NCBI GenBank assembly: GCA_029265355.1
Contig: JAJUJL010000002.1
Location: 332,803 to 396,802 of the forward strand
DNA: 64,000 nucleotides
Source: Chloroflexota bacterium
Lineage (GTDB): Bacteria; Chloroflexota; Anaerolineae; Anaerolineales; UBA4823
Reading direction: 5' to 3'
Shown here: positions 27,481-36,405 of the stretch, one piece after another
Layout of the letters: every line of letters starts with the position of its first letter
How positions within the stretch are numbered: the stretch's first letter is position 1
Program-made: the position numbers and the translations under genes
Notes under the pieces: generated by a model
The model's database searches: none
The model's input: the letters and a program-made list of their open reading frames with translations, nothing else
Told to the model about the DNA's origin: nothing

Positions 27481-28218
27481 TCATACTTTGGTCCCGCATT
27501 CCTGGCAGAACTTCGCCCCAGCTTCCAATTTGGCACCACACCCGCTGCAGTGCGCTTCCTTTTGAATTTTTGCGCCGCACTCCGGGCAGAATTTGACCTT
27601 TTTTGCCAGCGGCGCGCCGCAGCCTGGGCAGGTAGCGCGTGCCCCTTCTCGCCAGCTCTCATCCTTGAGCATTTCGCGGTCTTCTTCAGCCATCTTCGAA
27701 TGCGCCCAGATCTCTTCAACGGTGCGGCTGGATTGGGCGGCGGCCATCTCGACGCCTAGATCAGGGGCACATTCCTTGCACAAGCCGCGCCGCTCGTTCC
27801 AGCACGATTTCTGACACACCCAGCTAGAGCAGCGCGGGCATTGCGCAAATTGTGGTCGTAGCTCCTGCGAGGCGGCCAGGAAGGCTTCATCGTGAGCTTT
27901 CTCCCAGGCGGCGCTGTGCACCTGGCTGCTCAGCTCGGCAGCTTTGCCAAACAAGCCACCAAACAGGCTACTTGCGGCTTCGATGCCCTTGTTGACTGTG
28001 CCGGTCAGGGATGGTCTGAATCGGCTGCGAAACCCATTTCCGCATCGGTCGCAGAAGAATTCGTACTGAAAGCCCTGATCAGTGCTCAGGTCGTGGTAGT
28101 TTTTGGTGAACTCTATTGGCTCAACCATGGTCTTCTCATCGGCCTCCGTCCCTCCAGGGGATGGAAATGTTATGTTGAAATCAGTATAGAACCATCCCAA
28201 GCTGGAGTCAACTAACAT
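27481..28218 (-). CDS. Multi-zinc-ribbon protein
   Basis: Several CxxC pairs: CDRCGNGF, CPRCSSWVC...CKEC, CPGCGAPLAKKVKFCPECG, CSGCGAKLEAGAKFCQECG. The alternative start at 28128 (MVEPIEF) is possible. Confidence 0.7.
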   Translation of the reverse strand: MLVDSSLGWFYTDFNITFPSPGGTEADEKTMVEPIEFTKNYHDLSTDQGFQYEFFCDRCGNGFRSRFRPSLTGTVNKGIEAASSLFGGLFGKAAELSSQVHSAAWEKAHDEAFLAASQELRPQFAQCPRCSSWVCQKSCWNERRGLCKECAPDLGVEMAAAQSSRTVEEIWAHSKMAEEDREMLKDESWREGARATCPGCGAPLAKKVKFCPECGAKIQKEAHCSGCGAKLEAGAKFCQECGTKV

Positions 28219-28355
28219 TTATTGCAACCCCGACGAAATTGAGCCGAATCCAGATGAACTGCGGAAAAAATTTCGCCTGGCCTGCAGGTGATAACCCAGA
28301 GGGATCCAGAATGAACGGAGCATCGTATTGCATCAATAGCGGTTCTCCACAGAGC

Positions 28356-28375
28356 TTATCCCAATCTTGGGATAA
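28356..28375. promoter_or_regulatory. Perfect 20-bp palindrome, candidate operator
   Basis: TTATCCCAA-TC-TTGGGATAA lies in the 346-nt divergent intergenic region. Confidence 0.3.
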
Positions 28376-28418
28376 CGTGGGTCTGGTAGATATTCTGTTG
28401 TGAAACGCTTGATAGGAC

Positions 28419-28434
28419 TGTGATAATTTTCACC
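28419..28434. promoter_or_regulatory. Second CRP/FNR-family-like box TGTGA-N6-TCAC(C)
   Basis: TGTGATAATTTTCACC lies about 130 nt upstream of the ATG at 28565. It has the same half-sites as the box at 3206. Confidence 0.3.
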
Positions 28435-28564
28435 TGAACATGAAATGGTGATTCGGGGGGATTAATGCTATATTGCTGGACATGCAGCGGATTAAAGGAT
28501 GAAATCCAAATCGCCAGGAAGCCGCCCGCAAGGACGCACAGCGGCCAATTACCAAGGAGAGAGA

Positions 28565-29098
28565 ATGATCAAAAGAGCCTTGCACTTCCTGTTAATTATT
28601 GTTGTACTATCGTTGGCTATACCGGCATTTGGGGCGAGCCAGGAGCCGGTTGTCATTTACCCCTGGCAAATTCCGCTGAACCAGAACGGGGAACGAGTGG
28701 TCACCGTAAATCCTGGTCAGCCAGTGGTGCTCGGCGCCAACTGGGGGGCCTGCACGCGTGGCCTGGTCACCGCATTTGCGGTTACTTCGGATATATCCTA
28801 TGTGATCGATGGGCGCCCGGTGCTACGCAATCCAAGATTAGATACCCTGTACTGGGATTTTCCACCCCAAGCGGTAACTTTCCCCGGGGCGAGCGCCTGC
28901 GTGAATAAAACCACCCAGGTCTGGACGTTGACCTGGTCTTACGATCTAAAACCGTTGCCTGTTGGGGATCACCCGGCGCACTTCACCTATCAGAACGATT
29001 ATGTGCACATAGACGGCTTCGACAATGACGGCGATGGCAAACCAGATCGCTTCGATTTCGAGCTGGAAGTGGATTTCATCATACGGGTGGTGGAGTAG
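28565..29098 (+). CDS. Secreted hypothetical protein
   Basis: The ATG at 28565 follows AAGGAGAGAGA. Signal peptide MIKRALHFLLIIVVLSLAIPAFGA. The track start at 28499 is an upstream extension. Confidence 0.6.
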   Translation: MIKRALHFLLIIVVLSLAIPAFGASQEPVVIYPWQIPLNQNGERVVTVNPGQPVVLGANWGACTRGLVTAFAVTSDISYVIDGRPVLRNPRLDTLYWDFPPQAVTFPGASACVNKTTQVWTLTWSYDLKPLPVGDHPAHFTYQNDYVHIDGFDNDGDGKPDRFDFELEVDFIIRVVE

Positions 29099-29160
29099 CG
29101 AATAAATCTGGGGTGCTCGCAGCCGGTCAATGGCCCGGTGAATAGCTCTCGAATTCCGAG

Positions 29161-30237
29161 TCACTCTATGCGGTACACCGTAAATTCCTCCCGGCAAGGC
29201 CTGCCGTTCGCCAGGTGGAGTTCTTTGCGCTGCGGCAGGTAGATGGTACAAGCAATGGTGGCTATGTTTGGTTCCAAGTCCAGGTGGCGGCACAGTGTGT
29301 CCAACGGGCCGTTGTGGCTGCGCATCAGGGATTTCGCCCACTCGAGGTCCACCTGACCGCTAGCCTGCAGAAGCGCCTGCTGCACGCGTTGGTAGCGCGC
29401 TTCTGAGTTACCAGCCAAGTGCTCGCTCTGGTTGCTCGGAAGCCAGCTATCTTCCAGGTGCTTTGTGGTGTAGTGGTTGGTGCTGACGGAAAAGCCGCCG
29501 GATGCCATAATCACCGGGCTGCTGCTGTAACCGCATTCCACCACCGCAGATCCGCCGCGAGCGTCCTGCAGGATCAGCGTTCCGTTGCCCATAAACCGAA
29601 CCGTGCGCAGGTAATCTAGCGCTGAAGCCACGCTGTCATGCTGTTCCAGGATTGCCATCATCAGGTAGTAGCGGGGCACGCCCGGTCCAATATCCATTGA
29701 GACTACGTGGGTATCAGCTACCGCCAGACCTGCAGCGTTCATGCCTGAGCTAAATACGCCCGGACTGCCAGCGCTGGTCAGATTCAAGTAGGGATAGCCT
29801 GTCTCCGGAAAGGTGGATGACAGGCACTGCAGATGCTGATGATCCTGCCAGTAGTCGCGGTTTTTCACCAGCAGCGGCTCACCATCCTTCGTAATCGGCG
29901 CACCAGCCGCCCAGGTGGTGCAGCCCTGGGCTTCATGGTGCTGATTTTTAGCCTGATCCATCAGGAAGGTGGATATAGTATAGCGAAAGAAGCGCTCCCA
30001 CTCGAGGGACAGCGAATCGCCCAGCCCTCGCAGCATATCCAGAATGGATGGAGCCTGCACCTGCCAGACCTCCAGCAGCTCCTGCTCGTGCTCGTGCACG
30101 TCCAGACCGGTGGCTTCCAGCCTTGCCAGTCGGTCTGCGATAGCGATATGGATGTGATGGTGCAGATCAGCAACCTGCTCGCCGTGCTGCTTGCCGATAG
30201 TGTACGCGTTTCCAAAAAGGCGCAGTTGTCGGATCAT
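29161..30237 (-). CDS. Peptidase C45-family Ntn-hydrolase/acyltransferase-like protein
   Basis: [21 protein letters not shown] is a typical C45 N-terminus. The self-processing site region AQGCTTWAAGAPITKDGEPLLVKNRDY has the nucleophile Cys. ATGA overlap with the upstream ATPase stop. Confidence 0.75.
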   Translation of the reverse strand: MIRQLRLFGNAYTIGKQHGEQVADLHHHIHIAIADRLARLEATGLDVHEHEQELLEVWQVQAPSILDMLRGLGDSLSLEWERFFRYTISTFLMDQAKNQHHEAQGCTTWAAGAPITKDGEPLLVKNRDYWQDHQHLQCLSSTFPETGYPYLNLTSAGSPGVFSSGMNAAGLAVADTHVVSMDIGPGVPRYYLMMAILEQHDSVASALDYLRTVRFMGNGTLILQDARGGSAVVECGYSSSPVIMASGGFSVSTNHYTTKHLEDSWLPSNQSEHLAGNSEARYQRVQQALLQASGQVDLEWAKSLMRSHNGPLDTLCRHLDLEPNIATIACTIYLPQRKELHLANGRPCREEFTVYRIE

Positions 30238-31304
30238 GGATTGCTTTCTTTGCTTGGCATTGTACCCTCGGTAGCTGGCTGGTCTTTGTAGATCCAGCAG
30301 GCTACCTCCTGCCCCCCAATCCGGAAAAACGGCGGGTATTCCTGCTCGCAGATCGAGCCGATTTTGGCGTAGCAGCGCGGATGAAAGGGGCATCCAGAGG
30401 GGGGGGTGATTGGGCTGGGTACGCCACCCTGTAGCAGAATGCGCTGTTTACGGTAAGCCTTGCTCACCCTGGGGATGGCCGCCAGCAGGGCGCGGGTATA
30501 AGGGTGGAGTGGCTCACCGAACAGGGCGTCGGTTATTCCCAATTCGACGATATGACCCAGATACATCACGGCCACGCGGTCGCTGATGTAGTACATCACG
30601 CTCAGATCGTGAGCGATAAACAGGTAAGTCAGATGAAATTCTGCCTGCAGCTCCTCCAGCAGGTTGATCACCTGCGCCTGGATCGATACATCCAGCGATG
30701 AGACCGGCTCATCGGCGACAATAAATTTTGGCTTCATCGCCAGGGCACGGGCAATGCCGATGCGCTGGCGCTGACCGCCAGAGAACTGGTGTGGGAAGCG
30801 GTCGATGTGGCGCTGGTTCAACCCCACGCGCTGTAGGAGCTGGCGGGTTTCAGCCTCGCGCTGGATGGGGTCGCTCACGCCGCGCCGCTCCAGAGGAGTG
30901 CCAATGATCTCGCGCACCGTTTTTCGCGGATTGAGCGACGAGTAAGGATTCTGGAAGATGATCTGGGCCACGCGGTGATAGCTGACCGACTGTTCCTTGC
31001 CATTGTTTTCGAGGAGCTGGTTGCCCTGCACCGGTCGCCCTTGGTAAAAGATCTGCCCGCGTGTAGGCAAGTGCAAGCGAGTCATTACCCGCCCCAGGGT
31101 GGTCTTGCCGCAGCCAGATTCTCCCACCAGACCCAGGGTCTCGCCGGGGAAGATGTCCAGGTCCACACCGTCAACTGCGCGCACCACTTTCTCCCGCGCC
31201 TTGCCCAGTGCGCGCGCCAGCAGGCTAGGGCGTATGTAGAAATGTTTGTAAATCCCCTGCGCGCTGAACAGCGGGATTGTCTGTGGACTTATGGATTGGC
31301 TCAT
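30234..31304 (-). CDS. Oligopeptide/dipeptide-type ABC transporter ATPase (OppF/DppF-like)
   Basis: Walker [10 protein letters not shown]. Signature FSGGQRQR. Walker B FIVADEP. C-terminal oligopeptide-ATPase extension ([15 protein letters not shown]). ATGA overlap at 31301..31304. Confidence 0.9.
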   Translation of the reverse strand: MSQSISPQTIPLFSAQGIYKHFYIRPSLLARALGKAREKVVRAVDGVDLDIFPGETLGLVGESGCGKTTLGRVMTRLHLPTRGQIFYQGRPVQGNQLLENNGKEQSVSYHRVAQIIFQNPYSSLNPRKTVREIIGTPLERRGVSDPIQREAETRQLLQRVGLNQRHIDRFPHQFSGGQRQRIGIARALAMKPKFIVADEPVSSLDVSIQAQVINLLEELQAEFHLTYLFIAHDLSVMYYISDRVAVMYLGHIVELGITDALFGEPLHPYTRALLAAIPRVSKAYRKQRILLQGGVPSPITPPSGCPFHPRCYAKIGSICEQEYPPFFRIGGQEVACWIYKDQPATEGTMPSKESNP

Positions 31305-32383
31305 ACCGTACGCTCCACGCGATCGCTCCATTGCCAGTTTTCCTGCCGCTGAAAGCCGGTGTGTACCAGGCAGCGGTTGATGTGTCCATCCGGCTCGGTC
31401 ACCATGGGCACCGGACCGATCCGGCACACGTCCTGAACATGCTCGCAGCGCGGTGCAAAGGCGCACCCGAATGGAAGCTCTGCCAGGTCGGGCACGTTAC
31501 CGCGGATCGGCTGCACGCGCAGTTCGCGCATTGAAATGCGCGGTCGACAGTTGAGCAGCCCTTGAGTATAGGGGTGCCTGGGATGCATTACCACTTGCTC
31601 CACGTTGCCTTGTTCGACGATGCGCCCAGCGTACATGACTGCGATGCGCTGGCAGAATTCCGCTGCCAGGCCCAGGTCATGGGTCACCAGGATGATGGCG
31701 GTACCACGTTCTTTGTTGATTCGCAGCATAAGCTCCACGATCTGGGCTTGGATCGTCACATCCAGGGCGGTGGTGGGCTCATCTGCCAGCAGCAGCGTTG
31801 GACCGCAGACCAGGGCTGCTGCGATCAGTGCCCGCTGTTGCATGCCGCCCGAAAACTGGTGTGGGTAGGCCACATAACGATCTATCGGCGATGGGATGCC
31901 CACCTCCCGCATCACTTCGAGCACACGCTGTTTCTCATGGCGGCGCAGCGCGGCATCAAAAGGCCAGGGCATTTTTCGCCCTGGGATGATATGGTGCAGG
32001 CGCAGCGCCTCGCGGATTTGCTCGCCGACCAGGAAGGCCGGATTGAGCGTGGTCTGCGGGTCCTGGAAGATCATTGAAATCTCTTTGCCTCGCACCTGGC
32101 GCATGGCGGAACTGTTCAACTGGCGTAGATCCACACCGCGAAAGCGGATCTCGCCGTCGCTAATATAACCTGGATGACGGATCAGACGCAGGATGGAGAG
32201 CAGCACTGTGCTCTTGCCGCAGCCGGATTCGCCAACGATGCCCAGGATCTCGCCAGCGCGCATGTTGAGGTCCAGGCTGTCCACGGCGCGCACATCGCCG
32301 CGTCGCCCCGGAAAGATCGTCGTCAGGTTACGAATTTCGAGCAGATTGCCATTATGCATAGAACTAACTCCACGCACTGCCAT
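31301..32383 (-). CDS. Oligopeptide/dipeptide-type ABC transporter ATPase (OppD/DppD-like)
   Basis: Walker A GESGCGKST. Signature FSGGMQQR. Walker B LLLADEPTTALD. HPYTQGLL and CAFAPRC tail. The ATG at 32383 shares one base with the permease TAA (TAATG). Confidence 0.9.
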   Translation of the reverse strand: MAVRGVSSMHNGNLLEIRNLTTIFPGRRGDVRAVDSLDLNMRAGEILGIVGESGCGKSTVLLSILRLIRHPGYISDGEIRFRGVDLRQLNSSAMRQVRGKEISMIFQDPQTTLNPAFLVGEQIREALRLHHIIPGRKMPWPFDAALRRHEKQRVLEVMREVGIPSPIDRYVAYPHQFSGGMQQRALIAAALVCGPTLLLADEPTTALDVTIQAQIVELMLRINKERGTAIILVTHDLGLAAEFCQRIAVMYAGRIVEQGNVEQVVMHPRHPYTQGLLNCRPRISMRELRVQPIRGNVPDLAELPFGCAFAPRCEHVQDVCRIGPVPMVTEPDGHINRCLVHTGFQRQENWQWSDRVERTV

Positions 32384-33321
32384 TAAACATCCACCTTCAA
32401 CCGGGGGTCGAGGATATCGCGCAGCCCTTCGCCAAACAGGTTGATCGCCAGTACCAGCACCAGGATGGCGATACCGGGCAGCGACGCCACCCACCAGGCG
32501 ACCAGCATGTAATCGCGTCCGGCGGCCACCATTGAGCCCCAGGCAGGGATGCTGGGCGGGATACCCAATCCCAGGAAGCTCAGGCTGGCTTCCATGATGA
32601 TCATGTGACCCATACGCAGCGTCCCCAGTACAAATACCGATTGGATGATATTGGGCAAGATTTCTTTCAATATGATCGCAGGATGGCTTAATCCGGCGAC
32701 TCGCGCTGCCTCCACATATTCTTGGGTTTTTTCAGAAAGCATCTCACCACGCACCAGGCGGTAAAACTCCACCCAGCCCTTAAAGGTCAGTGCAAGGATC
32801 AGGTTGGTGAAGCCCGGTCCAAGGAAGGCCATCATGCCAATGGCAAAGATCAGAAATGGAAATGCGAGCAGCAGGTCGGCGAAGCGCGAAACCAGGGTGT
32901 CAAACCATCCGCGGTAGTATCCAGCCAGCGCGCCGAGGAACACTCCAACCAACACCGAAGCGCCGACTGAGAGCACTCCGACCAGCAGCGAGATGCGCGA
33001 CCCATAGATGATGCGCGTCAGCAGATCGCGCCCTTGGGCGTCGGTGCCCATTGGATATTCCCAACTACCTCCTTCGATCCAGCTAGGCGGATCCAGCCGC
33101 ACGCGCAGGTTGCCGCGCACTGGATCGTGTGGGGCGATTTGCTCTGCAAAGAGGGCCATGATAAAGAACAGGATGATCACCAACCCACCCAGGAGCGCCA
33201 TGGGGTGATTGCGGAGCTCACCCAAAAACTCGGTGAAGTTATGCCGCCAGACGCGCAGGCGGATCCGCCACAAGTATGCGCTGCGCTGCCAGAAGGTTTC
33301 CAGTTCGGGAGTTGCTTCCAT
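32383..33321 (-). CDS. ABC transporter permease (OppC/DppC-like)
   Basis: Six TM segments. N-terminal OppC-type segment. Conserved loop YVEAARVAGLSHPAIILKEILPN. Confidence 0.9.
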   Translation of the reverse strand: MEATPELETFWQRSAYLWRIRLRVWRHNFTEFLGELRNHPMALLGGLVIILFFIMALFAEQIAPHDPVRGNLRVRLDPPSWIEGGSWEYPMGTDAQGRDLLTRIIYGSRISLLVGVLSVGASVLVGVFLGALAGYYRGWFDTLVSRFADLLLAFPFLIFAIGMMAFLGPGFTNLILALTFKGWVEFYRLVRGEMLSEKTQEYVEAARVAGLSHPAIILKEILPNIIQSVFVLGTLRMGHMIIMEASLSFLGLGIPPSIPAWGSMVAAGRDYMLVAWWVASLPGIAILVLVLAINLFGEGLRDILDPRLKVDV

Positions 33322-33335
33322 ATGGTGTTCCCTGC

Positions 33336-34346
33336 TCAGAGCTCGATCTTAGGGTTCAGGTAGGTGTACATCACATCTACGATAAGGTTTGCCATCACAA
33401 ACGTGAAGGCGTAGATCATGACGGTTCCCTGGATGAGCGGGAAATCGCGATCGAAGATGGCGCTCACCACCATACGACCCAATCCGGGCCAGCCAAACAC
33501 TTCTTCGACAATCATGTTGCCACCCAACAGAATGCCCACCTGCAAGCCAACCACCGTCACAGTGGGGATGAGGGCGTTGCGCAGGGCATGTTTGAGCACC
33601 ACAATCCATTCTGAGGCGCCCTTACTGCGCGCCAGGGTCACATAATCGCTGCGCAGCGTTTCTAGCATGCTGGATCGCAGTACCCGCGCCACCACTGCCG
33701 CTACCGGCGCGCCTAGTGTCAGTGAGGGCAGGATCAGGTGCCTGAGGCTGCTCCAAAAGGCGATGCGGTTGCCGCTCAGCAGGCTGTCCAGCACGAAATA
33801 GCCGGTGATGTTTTGAAGCTGGGCATCGAACCCGATGCGTCCCTGTACCGGCAGCCACTTCAGTTGCACGGAAAACAGTAAAATGAGAATAATTCCCAGC
33901 CAGAAGCTTGGCATTGAGATGCCCAGGAAGGCGCCTGCCATGCTTAGCCGGTCAACCGCTGAATTTTGGCGCACCGCGGAGATGATGCCGATCGGGAAAG
34001 CGATGAGCAAGCTGATGACGAGCGAACCTAAAGCCAGCTCGATAGTGGCGGGGAGACGCTCAGAAATGAGCTGCGTCACCGGTCGTTTGAGCACATAAGA
34101 ATAGCCCAGGTCGCCGCGCACAGCATCCTTGAGAAACAGCCAGAGTTGAACTGGCAGTGGCTCGTCCAGGTGGAATTCTTTGCGCAACTGTTCCATCTCC
34201 CCCTCAGAGACTGCTCCGCCCTGACCCATCATGATATCCACCGGGTCGCCCGGCGTCAGACGGATAAACAAGAAGACCAGGATCGCCACACCCAGCACGA
34301 TAGGGATCGTCACCAGGACGCGTTCCAGGATTTTAACGGCTCTCAT
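33336..34346 (-). CDS. ABC transporter permease (OppB/DppB-like)
   Basis: MRAVKILERVLVTIPIVLGVAILVFLFIRLTPGDP is a typical OppB N-terminus. Conserved loop YVTLARSKGASEWIVVLKHALRNA. Confidence 0.9.
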   Translation of the reverse strand: MRAVKILERVLVTIPIVLGVAILVFLFIRLTPGDPVDIMMGQGGAVSEGEMEQLRKEFHLDEPLPVQLWLFLKDAVRGDLGYSYVLKRPVTQLISERLPATIELALGSLVISLLIAFPIGIISAVRQNSAVDRLSMAGAFLGISMPSFWLGIILILLFSVQLKWLPVQGRIGFDAQLQNITGYFVLDSLLSGNRIAFWSSLRHLILPSLTLGAPVAAVVARVLRSSMLETLRSDYVTLARSKGASEWIVVLKHALRNALIPTVTVVGLQVGILLGGNMIVEEVFGWPGLGRMVVSAIFDRDFPLIQGTVMIYAFTFVMANLIVDVMYTYLNPKIEL

Positions 34347-34428
34347 GCTCCGCCTCCTGCACGATCTTCAAATCCAAATCTTCACAGCGGGGCGATGAGC
34401 ATCATCGCCCCGCTGTCTGTATAATAAT

Positions 34429-36144
34429 TTACGGCCCCAGGCACACGTCATGCAGGTTGATGCGCCCATCTGCGGCAGGCTCCCAGTTCTGCACTCTCGT
34501 AGAAGCAGCTTCTGCTTCTTCTGGAAGGATCAGGAAAACCGCTGGCGCCTCGTCGTACACAAGTTGCTGCGCCTCGTCGTAAATCTTCTGTCGTTCAGTT
34601 GGATCGTTGGTGGTTTCACCTAGCACGATCAGCTCATTGACGCGGGGGTTATTATAGGTCGAGAAGTTGCCGCGTCCATAGGGCGTCCCAGTTTGAAATC
34701 CATGCCACTTAGCCTCGAAGTGTCCCACGGGGTCGAAGGCTGAGTCGCCCCAGTCGTCCAAGTATGCCAGGCGCTCACCAGCCAGCAACTGCTCGCGCAC
34801 CACGCTGTACTCCCAGAAACGCACACTGGCGTCAATTCCGATGGCCCGGAACATGTCGGCAACCGCTTCAGCCAGCGAACGGAATTCTTCCAGCGTGTCC
34901 AGGGTGAATGAGAAAGTTTGCCCATCCTTATCCAGAAGACCATCGCCGTTGCTGTCGGTCCAGCCGGCTTCCGCAAGCAGCTCCAGCGCCTTATCAGGAT
35001 CATATGCGTAGGGCTGCAGGCTCTTGTTGACGTAGTTGTTGTAGGGTGAAAGCGGTCCAGGCAGCGCTACTGCGCGCCCGCCGTAGATCTCCTCAATGAT
35101 CAGGTCTTTGTCCACGGCGTAGTTCATTGCCTGACGTACGCGTACGTCATCGAAGGGCGGCTTGTTGACGTTCATTTCCATCCACTTGGGGTTGGTGCCG
35201 ATTGCTGTCTTGACCTGGATACCGGGTGTCTGCGAGAGCGTGTCGATTAGCTCTGCTGGCACCGCCTGGATGATATCCACCTCGCCTGCCAGCAGGGCAG
35301 CCACGCGGGTAGAGGCCTCTGGGATCACGCGGAAGATAGCACCCTGGACGCAGGCAGGCTGGACCGGCGCAAGGTCTGGCGCGCCGCCGTAGTAGCCATC
35401 GAACCTTTCCAGAACCACTTCTTCCAAACCGGGCTGAGCAGAAACGAACTTAAACGGACCAGTGCCGATGGGGTTTTCGATGAAACCCTGGGTGCCCACT
35501 TCTTCCAGATAGCCCATGGGAACGATCTGCTGGTGAACCATGAGCTGCATGGCGGGAGGCCACGGGCCGTTGAAGTTCATCCTGACCGTGTAGTCATCCA
35601 CCTTATCGACTGACATCAGCGGCGCGATCAAGCCTTTGCGCGGCGAGGTGTGCGGATCGGGATACTCAATCATGTTCTCCTGGATGATGCGGTTGAAGGT
35701 ATACACCACATCATCGGCGGTCATTTCAACACCGTTGTGAAAGGTAACACCCTGGCGCAGCTTGACTTCTAGCGTCTGCTCATCCAGCCAATTCATCTCT
35801 TCTGCGATCTCCAAATGCACGCCGTTGCTCGTATCGCGCGTCACCAGCCCGTCGAACATGTTGCGGATCACAGTTTCGGACTGGCGGCTACGATGATCGG
35901 CAGGATCGAGCGAGGTGGGCGCCTGGGAAAGGGCGACGATGATCGTCTGACGACCGGGCGCAGCGGTAGGAGTGACCAACTTCTCTACCTCGACCAGCCT
36001 CTCTTCCGTTACAACGACTGTTCGCACCACCTCAACAGTCTTTTCAACCACTTGGGGCTGCGCGGGTTCAGTTGGTGCGCAGGCTGCCAGCAAGAGTGCA
36101 GCGGGCAGAACCACGCGAAATAGAGTATTAAAGAAACGCTTCAT
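34429..36144 (-). CDS. Family-5 (peptide/opine/nickel) solute-binding lipoprotein
   Basis: The ATG at 36144 follows GGAGGAGG. Lipobox LLLAAC. SBP_bac_5-like body (LEVKLRQGVTFHNG, GTGPFKF). The track start at 36297 is an upstream extension. Confidence 0.85.
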   Translation of the reverse strand: MKRFFNTLFRVVLPAALLLAACAPTEPAQPQVVEKTVEVVRTVVVTEERLVEVEKLVTPTAAPGRQTIIVALSQAPTSLDPADHRSRQSETVIRNMFDGLVTRDTSNGVHLEIAEEMNWLDEQTLEVKLRQGVTFHNGVEMTADDVVYTFNRIIQENMIEYPDPHTSPRKGLIAPLMSVDKVDDYTVRMNFNGPWPPAMQLMVHQQIVPMGYLEEVGTQGFIENPIGTGPFKFVSAQPGLEEVVLERFDGYYGGAPDLAPVQPACVQGAIFRVIPEASTRVAALLAGEVDIIQAVPAELIDTLSQTPGIQVKTAIGTNPKWMEMNVNKPPFDDVRVRQAMNYAVDKDLIIEEIYGGRAVALPGPLSPYNNYVNKSLQPYAYDPDKALELLAEAGWTDSNGDGLLDKDGQTFSFTLDTLEEFRSLAEAVADMFRAIGIDASVRFWEYSVVREQLLAGERLAYLDDWGDSAFDPVGHFEAKWHGFQTGTPYGRGNFSTYNNPRVNELIVLGETTNDPTERQKIYDEAQQLVYDEAPAVFLILPEEAEAASTRVQNWEPAADGRINLHDVCLGP

Positions 36145-36405
36145 TGTCCTCCTCCATTTGGTAATTGAATGATTGGATGCCGTACCCCTATGACGAAGAT
36201 GGATTGGGATAACCACTTTATTCTTTTCCCTCGACCTCCTTGCTATAGAATAGATTTGGACGGGTGTGCCGGATAAAAGCCTTTTTGGATAGGCCAATCT
36301 GAAGGCACCTGTGCAGACCTGAACTGCAGGCTGGCGCTCCGGTTCAATTCAACAGCCCATGAATTGCGAAATGTGAATGGCTCTTGTGCATAGGGTGTAT
36401 TTGGT

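Noticed and set aside
27324-27596. The track ORF here and its look-alike at 46909..47115 encode similar peptides (…CFHDAGSVI.SGNDRYV.SRPA.CAG.GNLL…), which suggests a small paralogous protein family.
   Set aside because: The similarity comes from the nucleotide repeat. In this frame 13 codons differ between the copies and only one change is synonymous. The starts are TTG or weak with no SD, and the ORFs run antisense to the orientation that places the element upstream of genes. I treat them as non-coding repeats.
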